DNA of 64,000 nt from the human T2T-CHM13v2.0 reference genome, Homo sapiens. Positions 1 to 19,254 of the stretch are shown piece after piece. Each line of letters begins with the position of its first letter. Within the stretch, counting starts at the first letter, position 1. Below the pieces are notes generated by a model. The model did no database searches. It worked only from the letters and a program-made list of their open reading frames with translations, and was not told where the DNA came from. The translations under genes and the position numbers were made by a program. The stretch lies in NCBI RefSeq assembly GCF_009914755.1, contig NC_060946.1, one strand, 5' to 3'.

Positions 1-1086
1 ATCCTCATCATCTTGTCACACGGCACCAACACCTTAGAGGTGTATGTATCTCAAAGGGATGTGGATTCAATGCCACATAGGTCCAGGCCTGGCCACCACA
101 GGTGGGCTGACCGTCGATAACAGGAGTGAGAATTGTAATTCAGGTGGAATCAGTAGTCGCAGGGGCTATTTGGCTCTAACCCACCTCTTCGGCTTCTCCA
201 AGGCAAGGGAGGCTTTCGAGGAGATGAGCTTTTGAATTCTCAGCTTTTCACAAAAATAGCCTCCACGCCGGAGCCCCTGGTTTCAGCCAGACGATTTCTT
301 TGTTACTCAGCTGCTGGTGGGTGGGTGGGTGGGGCTGCGGCTGCTCTCTTCCTGAATGAACAGCTGTGCCCTCTCATCGCCGGCTCAGGAATAATCATAA
401 CACTGCTTCAATGCTCGGCCCAGCCTCCTTCATTCACTGCTCTCTGGCTGCCTGGCAGCTCTGGGCACATGTTCAACAGCCCATGGGAGGGGCCAAGAGA
501 AAGGAGACTGGACGTGAAGGGAGGGGTCAGGGCCTTGGCCACAGCAGCCGGGCCTCAGCCTCCTGAGAGCTGGCCTCCGGGACCCTGCCTCATGTTCCGC
601 ATTCCCTTCCCTCACCCTGTACCCTGACACTGCCTCCTTTCTGTTCCTCCGCCACCCCAAGCTCATATACAGCCAAGGGCCTTCCAACCTCCCGAGCTTC
701 TTCCCTCTCGATGTCTTCTCTCTAGGTCCTGACAAGCTGGGTCCCGAGGTCACCTGGAGTGCAGAAATGTCCGCCCAGCCACTCCCCCTCTGCTGGCCAA
801 TCAGCTTATAACCCATCACTCAAACAACATGGGGGCCCCCGGGAGAAGGGCCAGCCTGGGCATCCACATTCCAGCTCAAGTCCTGATGCCAGTTCTGGTT
901 GGCCAAGCCTGGGCCAGAGGTCCTACAGACCAAGAGAGGGGAGAGGTGATTCCCCAGGTGACAACATCAAGGCAGTTCCCAGCAAACAGGATAGTAAGGG
1001 TGGCCAGGGAAAACTGCCAGCGTCCACCATGGCTCCAGCGCTTCTGCTGGGAGGGCAGGTTGGTGTGTTTGAAAAACATAGGTCCA

Positions 1087-2570
<1,484 letters not shown>

Positions 2571-3769
2571 GAACATCCCCAGGTAACCACAGGCAGCATT
2601 TCTCAACAGTCTCTCCTGCAGAACCAGAAACCCAGACTGTCTGAGCCTGATTGTCCTGAGAGGTTCTGGAAGGGCAGGGGCGTGTGGTGACACTGGGTGC
2701 TCCTGGGTTCCAGTACCTCTCTAGCCAGTTGGAAGAATATAGGCAAGTCAAGTCCTTCCTCCTCCCTGAGCCTCTAATTCCTCACCGGTAAAGTAGGGAT
2801 GATAAAAATAAATTATTAAATTGTTGTGAGGTTTCAATGAGGGCAAAGCTTGCTGCCTGAAACAGAGCAAGCTCTTGTGGCGTCTTAGCTATTTGTATTA
2901 GTTACTTGTATTTTTCTCTGCGGTTTCCCTTTTAACTCCCACCTCCTTTTTATTTTAAAAAGACTCCTTTTGAAAATGCCAGCCTGCCTCAGTAGTACCA
3001 GGAGACACCAGGGAAAGGCTTCCTTCTTTCCAAGCTGAGGCTGAGAAGGAATGGGAAGAACGAAGAGAAGCACCTTTGTGGAGGCCTCCTCCAGCTGGCC
3101 CTGGGTTTAGGAACATCACACACTCAACCTCCAAAGGCCCTCAGGGGCTGGCCCAAGGTCACACAGCTTGACAGTGCGGAGCACTTCGAAGCCAGGGCGT
3201 GTGGTGTAGAACAGGCTGGGTGCCTGAATTCAATCAGCCCTCTCTACTTCTCTACTCAGAGCCTCCCAGGCTGTGGGGTGTTCACCTGTGCACCTTCAAG
3301 CCGATCACTTCCTTGGGGTCCTCGTCAATTCAATTCCATGGAAATATTACAAGGGGTAGACAGAGATGAGCCGTGTCAGTGTCTGTACTAGCAGAGGGCA
3401 GGACCACTGAGCGTCCGGAGGGGAGACGAGTGTCTGGGTGTCCCTGGGAACCTGGCTTGTCTCGACCCCTCTGGGGGGCTCCTCTTGGCTCTGACCTCCA
3501 TTCTCCCAGACTCACCCCCACTCATGCCCACCCACCCCGAGGGGCCCCCCAGTGTGCACTCACACACTCACACTCAAACTCACCACCCCACTTGCTCTCT
3601 AATTACCAGGAACGTGGCGCTGTCTCAGGTTCTTCCTCCCCTGCATTCCTCAGCAGCTGCCCTCACTGGGCAGGGCAAATTATACCGTGGCCCGACCATA
3701 AAAGCCACTTTCCAAAAAAAGAAGCTTTAAGGCCCCCGAGAGACGCAGCTGAGCCTCTCACCTGGCAGT

Positions 3770-3925
3770 GCCTGACTCAGGAGGTGATGTCTGGGCCATG
3801 AGCCACAGAGCCTGGTGTCCCTTTAAGCAGGGAGTACAAATTCTCATCCCTCCCTCCTGCTCTCCCTGACGTCAGCTGGAAGGCGTGTGAGTGAGTGAGG
3901 GGCTGAGGTACCGCCCGCGCGAGCA
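3770..3925 (+). promoter_or_regulatory. CSDC2: Probable CSDC2 proximal promoter
   Basis: AP-1 TGACTCA at 3773-3779, palindromic CRE TGACGTCA at 3867-3874 overlapping E-box CAGCTG, and a CpG patch (CCGCCCGCGCG, 3911-3921) just upstream of the putative first exon. The TSS cannot be fixed from sequence. Confidence 0.6.
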
Positions 3926-3932
3926 CACACAG

Positions 3933-3960
<28 letters not shown>
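3924..3960. repeat. (CA)n microsatellite at the CSDC2 5' end
   Basis: cacacacagacacacacacacacacacacacacacac, seen directly. Confidence 0.95.
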
Positions 3961-3964
<4 letters not shown>

Positions 3965-4063
3965 TTCCAGACCCATCCCCTGCCTGCCAGCTCCACGAGC
4001 CAGAGAGAGACAGAGCGCGGACGCCGCAGGAGGCAGTGCCTGGACCCCAGCTGCCCAGGAGAG
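3930..4063 (+). other. CSDC2: CSDC2 non-coding exon 1 (start approximate)
   Basis: Strong donor GAG|gtgagg at 4063/4064 downstream of the CRE/CpG patch. Exon 2 opens at an acceptor, so an upstream exon is required. Confidence 0.65.
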
Positions 4064-4281
4064 GTGAGGGGCTAGATGGGGCCTGAGGACACTGTGCCAG
4101 AAACTGTGGCTTTGGCCAGGCCGAAGGAGAGAGGTACAACGTGAAGGTGGGGGCTGGATCAGCCCAGTTCAGCTTACAGATAGGGTGTTGGGGGTATAGA
4201 GGATACCACCTGTCTCTCCCTCCCTCATTCTCTCCCCGTGACCCCCAAATGAGGTGAGGCCGTGTGGCTCCCGTGGGAGCA

Positions 4282-4310
4282 TGTCTGTGTCTGTGTCTGT
4301 GTCTGTGTCT
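4282..4310. repeat. (TGTCTG)n short tandem repeat
   Basis: tgtctgtgtctgtgtctgtgtctgtgtct, seen directly. Confidence 0.85.
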
Positions 4311-6670
4311 GGGACCTGCGTCTGGCTCAGGAGGCAGAGAGCAGCAGATACCTGCCAAGCCGCAGCCTCCTGTCTGGGAAGCAGCGGGAGAGAGGACCGC
4401 CTTGACCAGAGAAACCCCAGTGCCGCTTCCAGTTGCTGAAAGCAGAGTGCAGCAGGGACCCTTGCTGGTCCTTCCCCTGGAATGTTGGGCTGGGAAGGGA
4501 CCGGCTGGGAAAGGCAGACAGTTGGACCTGGAGCAGCTGTCTTATCCTGACTCTATTTTTTCCCCAGTGTGATGGGGATAATTGTGTTAGTTGGCTTAGA
4601 GAGGTGGCTCCGTGTGGTTATTCTCTTCCCCCAGGTACCACCCCACCCCGAGCCCTTGCTTCTTGCCTGCCTGCTGGTCTGCTCTGACCTCCACCCTTGC
4701 CAGGGCACAGCCCCCGGAGGGCAGGGGTGATAAGTCAGGGCCTGCCAGGCCTCTATCTTGGGATACAGGGACTTAGGGTGGCCTTGGCTGGTGCCAAGCC
4801 CATGAATGGCCTGACCCTGGCACAAGGAGTCCAGGCGGAGATAAGGGGCGACGCTGGCACCCACAAGGAGACAGCAGGTTCCTGCCAAGCTGCCAGCCTG
4901 CAGGCTCTTCCCAGGGAGAGGGGAGGGGGACACAGAGCGAGAACAATAATAAATACAGAGTGTGAACTGCTGCATCCACTGGGGCTGGGGTAGGAGAGGA
5001 GGAAGTATGCCCAGTGGGGGGTGGGCAACCTCTCTGAGAGCCTGGCATCATGCTGCCTGGCTGTGATCCGGCAGGGGCCTCTCCCTGGGAAAGGGGGTCT
5101 CCAGCTTTCTGGGGGATGGGGAACTGGTTTCCCAAACCTGACTCCATCCCAGAGTCCTCTGGACCCTCCAAATTCTGAATGTTTCCTCCTCCCAGCTTTG
5201 CCCTGCCGCCCCCCATTTCCTTGAAGTCTTCTCCAAAAATGTCTGTTTTCTGTGTCTGCCCATCTTGACCCATCCTCACCCCCTTCAAAAAAAAAAAAAA
5301 AAGACAGGTATAGACAGGAACTGCCTGCCCGTGTCCTGGGAAAGGCCAGAGGACAGTTTTGGCCACAGATGGCTCTCCCAGGCTTGGAGAGACATGGCTA
5401 GGCAATGTTCACGGATGCGCAGGGGGATTCCCTGAGGGGGACTTGGGGACACTCTCAGATGGCTGGTGGGGAGGGGACACCTGCCAGCCAGTCTGGAGTA
5501 GAGCCCCCTAGGGGGTAGAGGGCGCTCAGGACCTGGCTGAGCCAGTCATGTCCACGGTCACAACTGGGGCAGCCAGGACCCAGAGCCTTGTAGGAATGGG
5601 GCTTGGGGCAGTTCAGACCTTTGTCCATGCTGAGCAGCAAAATGGGAGGCTAAAAGTAGTAGGGAGCTCTTCTGCCCCACAGCCAGCAAAATGACACTCC
5701 TGGGCTGGGGGGCTGGCATGGCACACCAGAAAGCTGTGGGGTCACACTGATTGGAGTTCAAGTTCAGATGCTGTATGTATGTATGACTTTGACCAGTCTA
5801 TTCCTCTCTCTAGGGGGTCTCAAAATGGGAAAGTGACTTGCCTAGGGTCGCACAGCCAAGCACAGGTGGGACTGGGGTGCGTATTTGGCTCTCCCAGTGC
5901 CGTCCTGGTTTCCCCACCACCACCCAAGCCACAGAAGCCCAAAGGCCTTAACCACAGCAGTTCCCCAGGGCAGCCTGGGCATGTGACAAGGAGGACTACA
6001 GGGTCTCTTAAATAATTAAGCTCAAGTATTGGCTGGGGCAGCCCTCATGCACAGACGCAGGCACACAGGCTGTGTGGGGGAAGGACCAGGTTTAATCAGG
6101 TCACCTCAGGCTGCAAGAGCAGTTCAGGCACTGATGTATTTTAAGGAGCATCTGGGAGGCTGGGGGAGGGGGAGGAGCCAGGGAAGTGTCAGCTCCTGCC
6201 CGGGGGTCCTGAGTTTGTTTTCTCACTCTCCCAGGGCCCACCATGCACAAGCTCCCGATGTTCGGGAAGCCCTTCCAGCGTCATCCTTGTGTTCCCCGTC
6301 CTTTCTATTTTTAAACCACCGTACCCATTCCTCCCATCTGCTCCCCTGTGATGGGGGCTTGGGGCTGGGACATTTTTATTGGGGGAGTTGTTTTTAAGCT
6401 TAGCAGAGTTGGTGAGTGACTCACCCAAGGTCATGGTCTGAGTCAGCGCAAAGCCAGAAATAAAAGCCCCAGTCCTGGCTCCCCAGGAATTCCACACCCG
6501 ACTCCTCCTTCTCCAGGGGAGGGTGGGCGCCACCCTCAAGGAATGGCTGGTCTTCACCTCCCCAGACATCTCCAGAGGGCAGATATGCTGCACCTGACCT
6601 GCTGTGAGAGCTCAGCGAGGCTCTTCACCTCTCTGAGCCTCAGTTTACTCTTTAGAAGATGGGTGTACTA

Positions 6671-9884
<3,214 letters not shown>

Positions 9885-11342
9885 TCAGGCTGCCCTCTTA
9901 CCTGACTGCTCGTTCTGAAGGGCATTATTCCTGGCAGGAGATGGCCCCAGAAGGACACACGAAATCCCCCTGGAGCTGGCCTTTAGCTCTGTTTGAGTGG
10001 AAACAAATGTTCTAGAAACATATCAGTTTCTCTGCTCTTGGGGGAGTTTATTTTCCCATTTAGTTTCTCAGGGAAAGTTCTTTTGGAAAAACTCCAGCCT
10101 CATCTTGGCTGAACCAGGAACAGAATTTATATTCACAGGAAGAGCACTGGTTTACTGTTAGACAGATCTGGGACTCTGTCACCTGCTGTGTGACTTTGGG
10201 CAAGTCACTCAACCTCTCTGAGCCTCAGCTATCTCATCTGTAAAATGGAAAAATTGTAATTTCAACTCTATAGGGTAACTGGGAGGTTGAAACGTAGAAA
10301 ATAATTTCTGTAAAGACTTTTGCACAGTACATGGCATTCAGCCAATGAAAGCCTCATTTTCACTTGCCCTCTTTGGCAGCAATGCTCTGGAGAGGGGGTC
10401 TGAACTGGAGGGTTGCTCCGTATCTCCATCTTCCCTTCTCTCTGGTCTCTCGGGCTGCTGGGCATTGTACAGCTCCTCCAAGCCCACGCCCTGGCAGGGC
10501 CCAGAGAGGGAAAGGCCCTGTACCAGCTCACACAGTAGGTCAATAGCAATACAGAGCCTGGACACAGGACTCCTGCCTTCCCACTGGAAGGCTCCAGATC
10601 ATACTGATTCAAATTCTGGCTCAGACTTTGATTGGTGTGTGTCCTTGAGTGAGTGATTTAACCTCTTTGAGCCTCGATTTTCTTGTCTACAAAGTGGGGT
10701 AATAATAGCACCAGCCTTGAAGAGCAGTTGCAGGAATTAAATAAAACAAGAGACTGTGGAGCTTTGAGGGGTGGGCGATCCTTAGGGAAGAAGAGAGGAT
10801 GAAAGTGAATGGTGGGCTTGGCCCAGCTCGGCTGGGTCTCTCCTTCCCCCACTCCCTCTTCCCTCAACACCCAATTCCACAGCCTTGTCTAGGAGGGGCA
10901 GGCTCTCGCCCAGCGCCCAGCGCCTACTCAGTGCTTCCCACATCCCACCTCAATTCTCATTTCATCCTCAAAAGAGCCCTTGGAGGAGAGAGTCTTTTTT
11001 TTCTCTCTCCCTCTCTTTTTTTTTTTTTTTTTTTTTTGAGACTGGGTCTTGCTCTGTCGCCCAGGCTGTAGTGCAGTAGCTTGATTACCACTCACTGCAG
11101 CCTTGACCTCCTGGGCTCAAGCAGTCCTCCCACCTTAGCCTCCTGAGTAGCTGGGACCACAGGCATGCACCACTACACCCAGCTAATTTTTTTTTTAAGA
11201 CAGTGTCTAACTTTGTCCCCCAGGCTGCACTGCAGAGGCGTGATCTCCGCTCTCTGCAGCCTCGACCTCCTGGGTTCAAGCAATCCTGCTGCCTCAGATG
11301 CCCAAGTAGCTGGGACTACAGGTGCGCCACCGCCATGCCTAG

Positions 11343-11609
<267 letters not shown>

Positions 11610-12145
11610 TGAGGCCAACTCGCTGCCTCCTCTTGGTCCTGTCTTTGCTGTGGCTCTTCTGCCTCCCTTCTGCTCTCTGGTCTCTCTGCCACCTGAGAGC
11701 CCATCATGGGGAGGCTGCCCTCGACCCTGGCCCAGAATCATCAGTGGGTTCTTCCCCCATCCCTGCAGCCCACTTAGCATGAGGCCCTGGAGCCGCACAG
11801 TCACTTGGGTGGGAGGTCTGGCTGGCCAGAGCAGGCCCCAGCTCAGCCGCGTCTCCCTGGTAACCACCATGAGCTGCATCTCCCCCTCTCCATCCTCCTC
11901 TTCCCTCCCTGCCCCTCCATGGCCTCCCAGCACTGGCTGTCACTGCCAAGCACAATACCAGGCCTGGGAAAACTGCAGTTGGGAGGCCAGGACCGCCCTG
12001 CTCCCTAGAGAGAGGGAGGCAGGGCCTCTGTCCCCATCGCCTGCCAACCCTCACCCAGGTGGGGCAGGTGGCACTCAAGGAGTGCACTGCAGGGCGTCTG
12101 GTGCTTCCCAGCTGTGTCATCTTGGGTAACTTTGCTGCCCCGTCT

Positions 12146-12911
<766 letters not shown>

Positions 12912-13376
12912 TGATCTGCCCACCTTGGCCTCCCAAAGTGCTGGGATTACAGGTGTGCGCCACCACACCCGGCTGTTTGTGTGGTTGCTTCTTGAAGCTT
13001 CCGTATTCTTCTCTCTAAAATGAGGATAATGGGTGAAAAGGCCAAACCTGGTTTGCCCTGCCAACCTGGCATGAGCTTAGACAGAAAAGCCCCACTTCAG
13101 CCTTTTCAGGGTTGAGGGTCTGTGAGGCAAGCCAAGCCCGGGGCTCCAGTGCCTTCCTGACTGGAGGGGGAGGGTTTTGGGAGGAGGGAGGATACTACTC
13201 CACCTCCACCCCTAGGCATGGCAGAGCCAGCTCAGCATCTTGGTTCAGAAAAATTCCACTTGCTGTATAATCTTGAGCAGAGGCCAGAAGACCTGCTCCA
13301 GTGGACTCCTGGACTCATCCAGGCCTGCCATGCAGGGTGTTCAGGCTTTCTGAGCTCTGGACTCCAAGGAACCTTA

Positions 13377-13739
<363 letters not shown>

Positions 13740-14086
13740 CTAGGTGTGAGGGTGCATGCTTGTAAATTCCAGCTACTTGGGAGGCTGAGGTGGGAGGATC
13801 GCTTCAGCCCAGGAGATGGAGGCTGCAGTGAGTCATGACCATGTCAGTGTTCCCCAGACTGGATGAGACCATGTCTCAAAAAAAAAAAAAAAAACAAAGG
13901 ATCAATGCTAGCCCCATTTTACAGAACAGAAAATAAGAGTCAGAAGTTAAGAGTGTTGACCAATGCGCTGGACGAGTTGGCTCATGCCTGTAATCCCAGC
14001 ACTTTGGGAGACCAAGGTGGGCAGATCACCTGAGGTCAGGAGTTCGAGACCTGCCTGGCCAACATGGTGAGACCCCATCTCTACTA

Positions 14087-14481
<395 letters not shown>

Positions 14482-14860
14482 TCACTGGCCACCCTACCCA
14501 GCCACCTCCCAGGCCCCTGGAGTTAAGAGAATTGAACTGCAAACTGGAAGGACTTAGGGGTCATATGACCCCTAGTTTTGTTTTTCTGGTGAGGACTCTG
14601 AACCACGATGGGGTCGTTTGTGACTTGAAGTAACGCCGTGAGGATAGCAGGTGGGACCAGCCCTCCTCACTGTGGCCAGGGTTCAGGAGCTGCTCCCCTG
14701 GACTAGGCTCACCTGTGCCTCTTTCTTCCTCTTCCAGACGGAGCCCGTGGCTGGTGAGGCCGCAGAGCAGGGCCAGGCCGGGCCCTGCCCGCAAGGACGA
14801 CCAAACCCCTCACCGGCCCCTGGGCCCCAGAGCCCACCAGGCTCTCCTGCTGGCCCCACC

Positions 14861-15036
14861 ATGACTTCAGAGTCGACGTCACCCCCAGTTGTGCCCCCGC
14901 TCCACTCCCCCAAGTCCCCAGTCTGGCCCACCTTCCCCTTCCACAGGGAGGGCAGCAGGGTCTGGGAGCGGGGTGGTGTCCCACCTCGGGACCTACCCAG
15001 CCCTCTGCCCACCAAGCGGACCAGGACCTATTCAGC
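14861..15036 (+). CDS. CSDC2: CSDC2 (PIPPin) first coding exon; exon begins at 14738
   Basis: Acceptor ttcctcttccag| at 14738, start ccaccATG at 14861. Encodes [27 protein letters not shown]...[10 protein letters not shown], ending in an RxRxxS motif. Donor GC|gtgagt; 176 nt. Confidence 0.97.
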
Positions 15037-15180
15037 GTGAGTACCTGCCCCTTGCCCAGGCCCCTGACCCTTGTCAGGACAGGGGCTGACCATCCCCATC
15101 CTCTTCCAACTCCTGTTGTCCTCACCTGGGACAGGGGAACTGTGTGTGGACCTTCCAGTAACTGGATGGATGTTTGTCCC

Positions 15181-15408
15181 ATACATCCATTCATCCATCC
15201 ACCCATCCACCCATCCATCCATCCATCCATCCATCCATCCACCCACCCACCCACCCACCCACCCATCCATCCATCCATCCATCCATCCATCCATCCATCC
15301 ATCCACCTGTCCATCCATCCATCCATCCATCCACCCACCCATCCATCCGTCCATCCATCCGTCTGTCCGTCCATCCATCCACCCATCCATTCATCTATCC
15401 ATCTATTC
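15181..15408. repeat. (CCAT/CCAC)n tetranucleotide array, CSDC2 intron 2
   Basis: About 230 bp of CCAT/CCAC/TCAT units, seen directly. Confidence 0.95.
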
Positions 15409-15725
15409 CACAAAGATTTACTGAGCTCCTGACCAGTCAGGATCCATAAGCTGCTTACAATCCAGAGGGAACTTGTTCACCATCCATTACCACCCAGCAG
15501 GGTTAGGGGTGAGGACCCAGCATGGGGTACCAGAGGAGATGATGTCCTGGTTGGGTATGGAAGATGTATCAGGTGAAGAAGGGAGCTGGCGATTCTGGGC
15601 AGATGGTACAGCATGGGCAAAACCCAAGACACGGAGTTAACCTTTGGAGAGGGGTAGGTAGGCGGGACAAAGACTAGGCCTGGGCCTTTGGGGTAGGTCA
15701 CCGATGAGGTGGCATAGGGGAGTAA

Positions 15726-15998
<273 letters not shown>

Positions 15999-16063
15999 TA
16001 AGGACAGGAGATCAAGCCAGTATGGCCAACATGGCCAAACACTGCAAAACCCTGTCTCTACTA

Positions 16064-16378
<315 letters not shown>

Positions 16379-16525
16379 TGAATGGGGATGACTGTGTGGT
16401 TTCTGGCCTGGGTCAAGTTTCTCACAGCCCTGAGGCACGCTCAGCAGAAAGGGCCCAGAATGGCTGTAGGGATCCGGGGAGGAGTTCCTCAGGCCACAGC
16501 TCCAATCCCACTACCCTATCTCCAG

Positions 16526-16648
16526 GACAGCCCGGGCCTCAGCTGGCCCCGTGTTCAAGGGCGTCTGTAAGCAGTTCTCACGCTCACAGGGCCATGGCTT
16601 CATCACCCCCGAGAACGGGTCCGAGGACATCTTCGTACATGTGTCTGA
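16526..16648 (+). CDS. CSDC2: CSDC2 second coding exon (cold-shock domain RNP1/RNP2)
   Basis: ctccag|G ACA GCC; encodes [40 protein letters not shown] with the GHGFI and DIFVH motifs. Donor GA|gtgagt; 123 nt, phase 2-2. Confidence 0.97.
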
Positions 16649-16990
16649 GTGAGTCCCCTCCACCTCCCTGTTCTTGGCCCCTGCCCTAGTGTCCCCAATG
16701 GTGCCTCAAAAATGGCTCTCCAGGCCTCTCCTCTCACTGGCTGAGGTCTGTATTCATGGTGCCTTTTCTGTCCTCTGAGTAGGGGCTGAGGGTGCGTTGG
16801 GAGAGGAGGGCTGGGGCCAGGGAGGGAGTGGGCACGCAGACCCCAGAAGCCTGGGAGCCAGCGGCTGGGCCCTGGATCCTGTTACAGCATCGTGGAGGTC
16901 TGAGAGGGCTAGGCCAGCTCCTGAGCCTCTTGGCCTGGAAAGGGCCTTCATGTGGGTGGGCCAGGAGGTAGAGATGGATATCATGTCTAG

Positions 16991-17436
<446 letters not shown>

Positions 17437-17603
17437 TGAGTCCCGTTTTACAGATTCGAGAGCTGAGGTTCTGAGAAGCAAGGCCTGGCCAGGCCTCCTG
17501 GCCTAGGGAGGCTTAGGGCCAGGCTGCCCCCAAGGCCAGGCCACAGGATTGTCTGGGGCACAGGGCCTGCTGCTGGGCTAATACCCCTCTTCCTGCCCGC
17601 CAG

Positions 17604-17766
17604 CATCGAGGGGGAGTACGTGCCAGTGGAGGGCGACGAGGTGACCTACAAGATGTGCCCTATCCCTCCCAAGAACCAGAAGTTCCAGGCCGTGGAGGTG
17701 GTGCTCACTCAGCTGGCCCCCCACACTCCCCACGAGACGTGGTCTGGCCAGGTCGTGGGCTCCTAG
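17604..17766 (+). CDS. CSDC2: CSDC2 last coding exon
   Basis: cgccag|C ATC GAG; encodes [53 protein letters not shown] then TAG. Total CDS 462 nt = 153 aa. Confidence 0.97.
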
Positions 17767-19254
17767 GCTGAGTGGTTCACAGGCCAGCTGGCCGGGGGTT
17801 GGGGAGCCACACAGGGTGAACGGGCAGCAGCCGGCTCCATGCCCCACTGCCCTGGCTGATGAGTCCTTCGGTGGCCTCAGTGTGCACGTCTGTCTGTCCG
17901 TCTGTGCTTGTGGCTATGAGCGTGTGCCTCCACCCACCCCACGACCCGTGACTACTGTGCAAGCTGGCCAGGAGGTAGGTGGAGGGCAAGGCCACCAGAC
18001 CTGGCTTCGCGCTGTCCACTGCCTCTCTCCTCCCCTCCCTGCCGCAGACACGCAGGACCCGCTCGCCCTCCTGCTTACCCGTCCCCACGGTGACTGAGCT
18101 GCGAGAGCCTGCGCTGGGCTCACTCCCTGGCCTCCGCCCCTGAGCTGTCCCGTGTCAGTCCCTGGCCCGGAGCCAGGCTCTCTGTGCTACTTACATCTCC
18201 CTCCCTTGGCTGAGGTCCCCCGCCACAGCCTGGACCCTTCCCTCAGAAGCCTGGCCGATGGGTGCTTTTGGGGAGCCTCTCAGCCTCTGGCAGGGGAGGA
18301 GGACTGACACGGAGGCACACAGGCCTCTCACTGCCGAGGCCAGCCTTCCTTCCTGCTCTGCTCTCTCAGTGCCATGGAGAGGCAGGAAGAGGGGCCTGAG
18401 GGCGGAAGGGGTTTGGGGCTCCCATTTCGCCGGCCAGTCCCTCCTCCTCAGCCTGGCAGTGGCGCTGGGCTCCTTCCCCTGGGCTGTACTGAGCCGAGCC
18501 CAGGGGTTTGCAGAGGGTGGGGGTCCATCTCTCCAGCTTGGCTGCAGACCTCCTTTACCCTGACTCACAAGCCCCACTGATGCTCTGGGCCATGCCCGGC
18601 TGACGGCTGCTGTGGATGCCGCGAGGGACGGACACACGTCCGGGGCACCCACGAGGAGGGCCCCCAGCCTGGGAGACTGGCCCTGCGGCCTCCACGTCAA
18701 ACTCTCTTCCCAAAGCCCTAACAGACCAGTGGCCGAGGTGTGGCTCTTATTGCATCCATCCCTGAAGATGTGTGGCTGTTGCTGTCACCTGGAGTCCTTT
18801 TGGGGCCAAGATGTGTGTGCACCCGGGGTCGTGGCCATTCACTCCCAGGCAGGGGTGAGGGTGGCCTGGCCCAGGAGGCCAGGAAGGAGGGCCCTGTCTG
18901 CCTCCACCTCTGGGTGCACCCCCTGCCTACCACCCTCCCTTCTAGAGAGCACATCGCCTGACCGGGGAGAAGTGGGGCCGTGGTTCGAGGGAGGGCTGGC
19001 CAGGGGTGGGACCCTTATGAGACTCAGTCTGTGAGTAAAACTGGGGGCTCAAATGCCCAGGATGAGGGGATCAGTGACTGTCTAGGAGGATCCCTTGCCT
19101 TGTAGGTGCCCCAAGACCGCAGGGTAGAAATCAGCCGGGATGCCTGCATCCCACCCCCGGCCCCAGGGCCCACCACATAAAATCTGGGAGCCCAGAGCTG
19201 CTGAGGTGTGGTCAGCTCCCCTAAAATGGGCACGGCCCAGCCTGTCCCATGAGG

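Noticed and set aside
1-350. Unique-looking stretch with MEF2-like GCTATTT/AAAATAGC elements; considered as a pseudogene or enhancer
   Set aside because: No recognisable protein in the frames I read and the motifs are imperfect; needs BLAST and conservation data
781-798. CTCF-like GGCCAGCAGAGGGGGAGT on the minus strand
   Set aside because: Mismatch at the conserved GGC of the core; too weak without ChIP data
3777-5405. 193-aa and 210-aa minus-strand ORFs antisense to the CSDC2 5' end
   Set aside because: They run through CA/TGTC repeats and poly(A) tracts, with no domain or exon support
14709-15449. Long repetitive ORFs (WMDG)n and (HPSI)n, up to 234 aa
   Set aside because: Frames running through the (CCAT)n microsatellite, which lacks stops
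17481-17496. 16-bp palindrome AGGCCTGGCCAGGCCT
   Set aside because: About one is expected by chance in 64 kb, and more in GGCC-rich sequence
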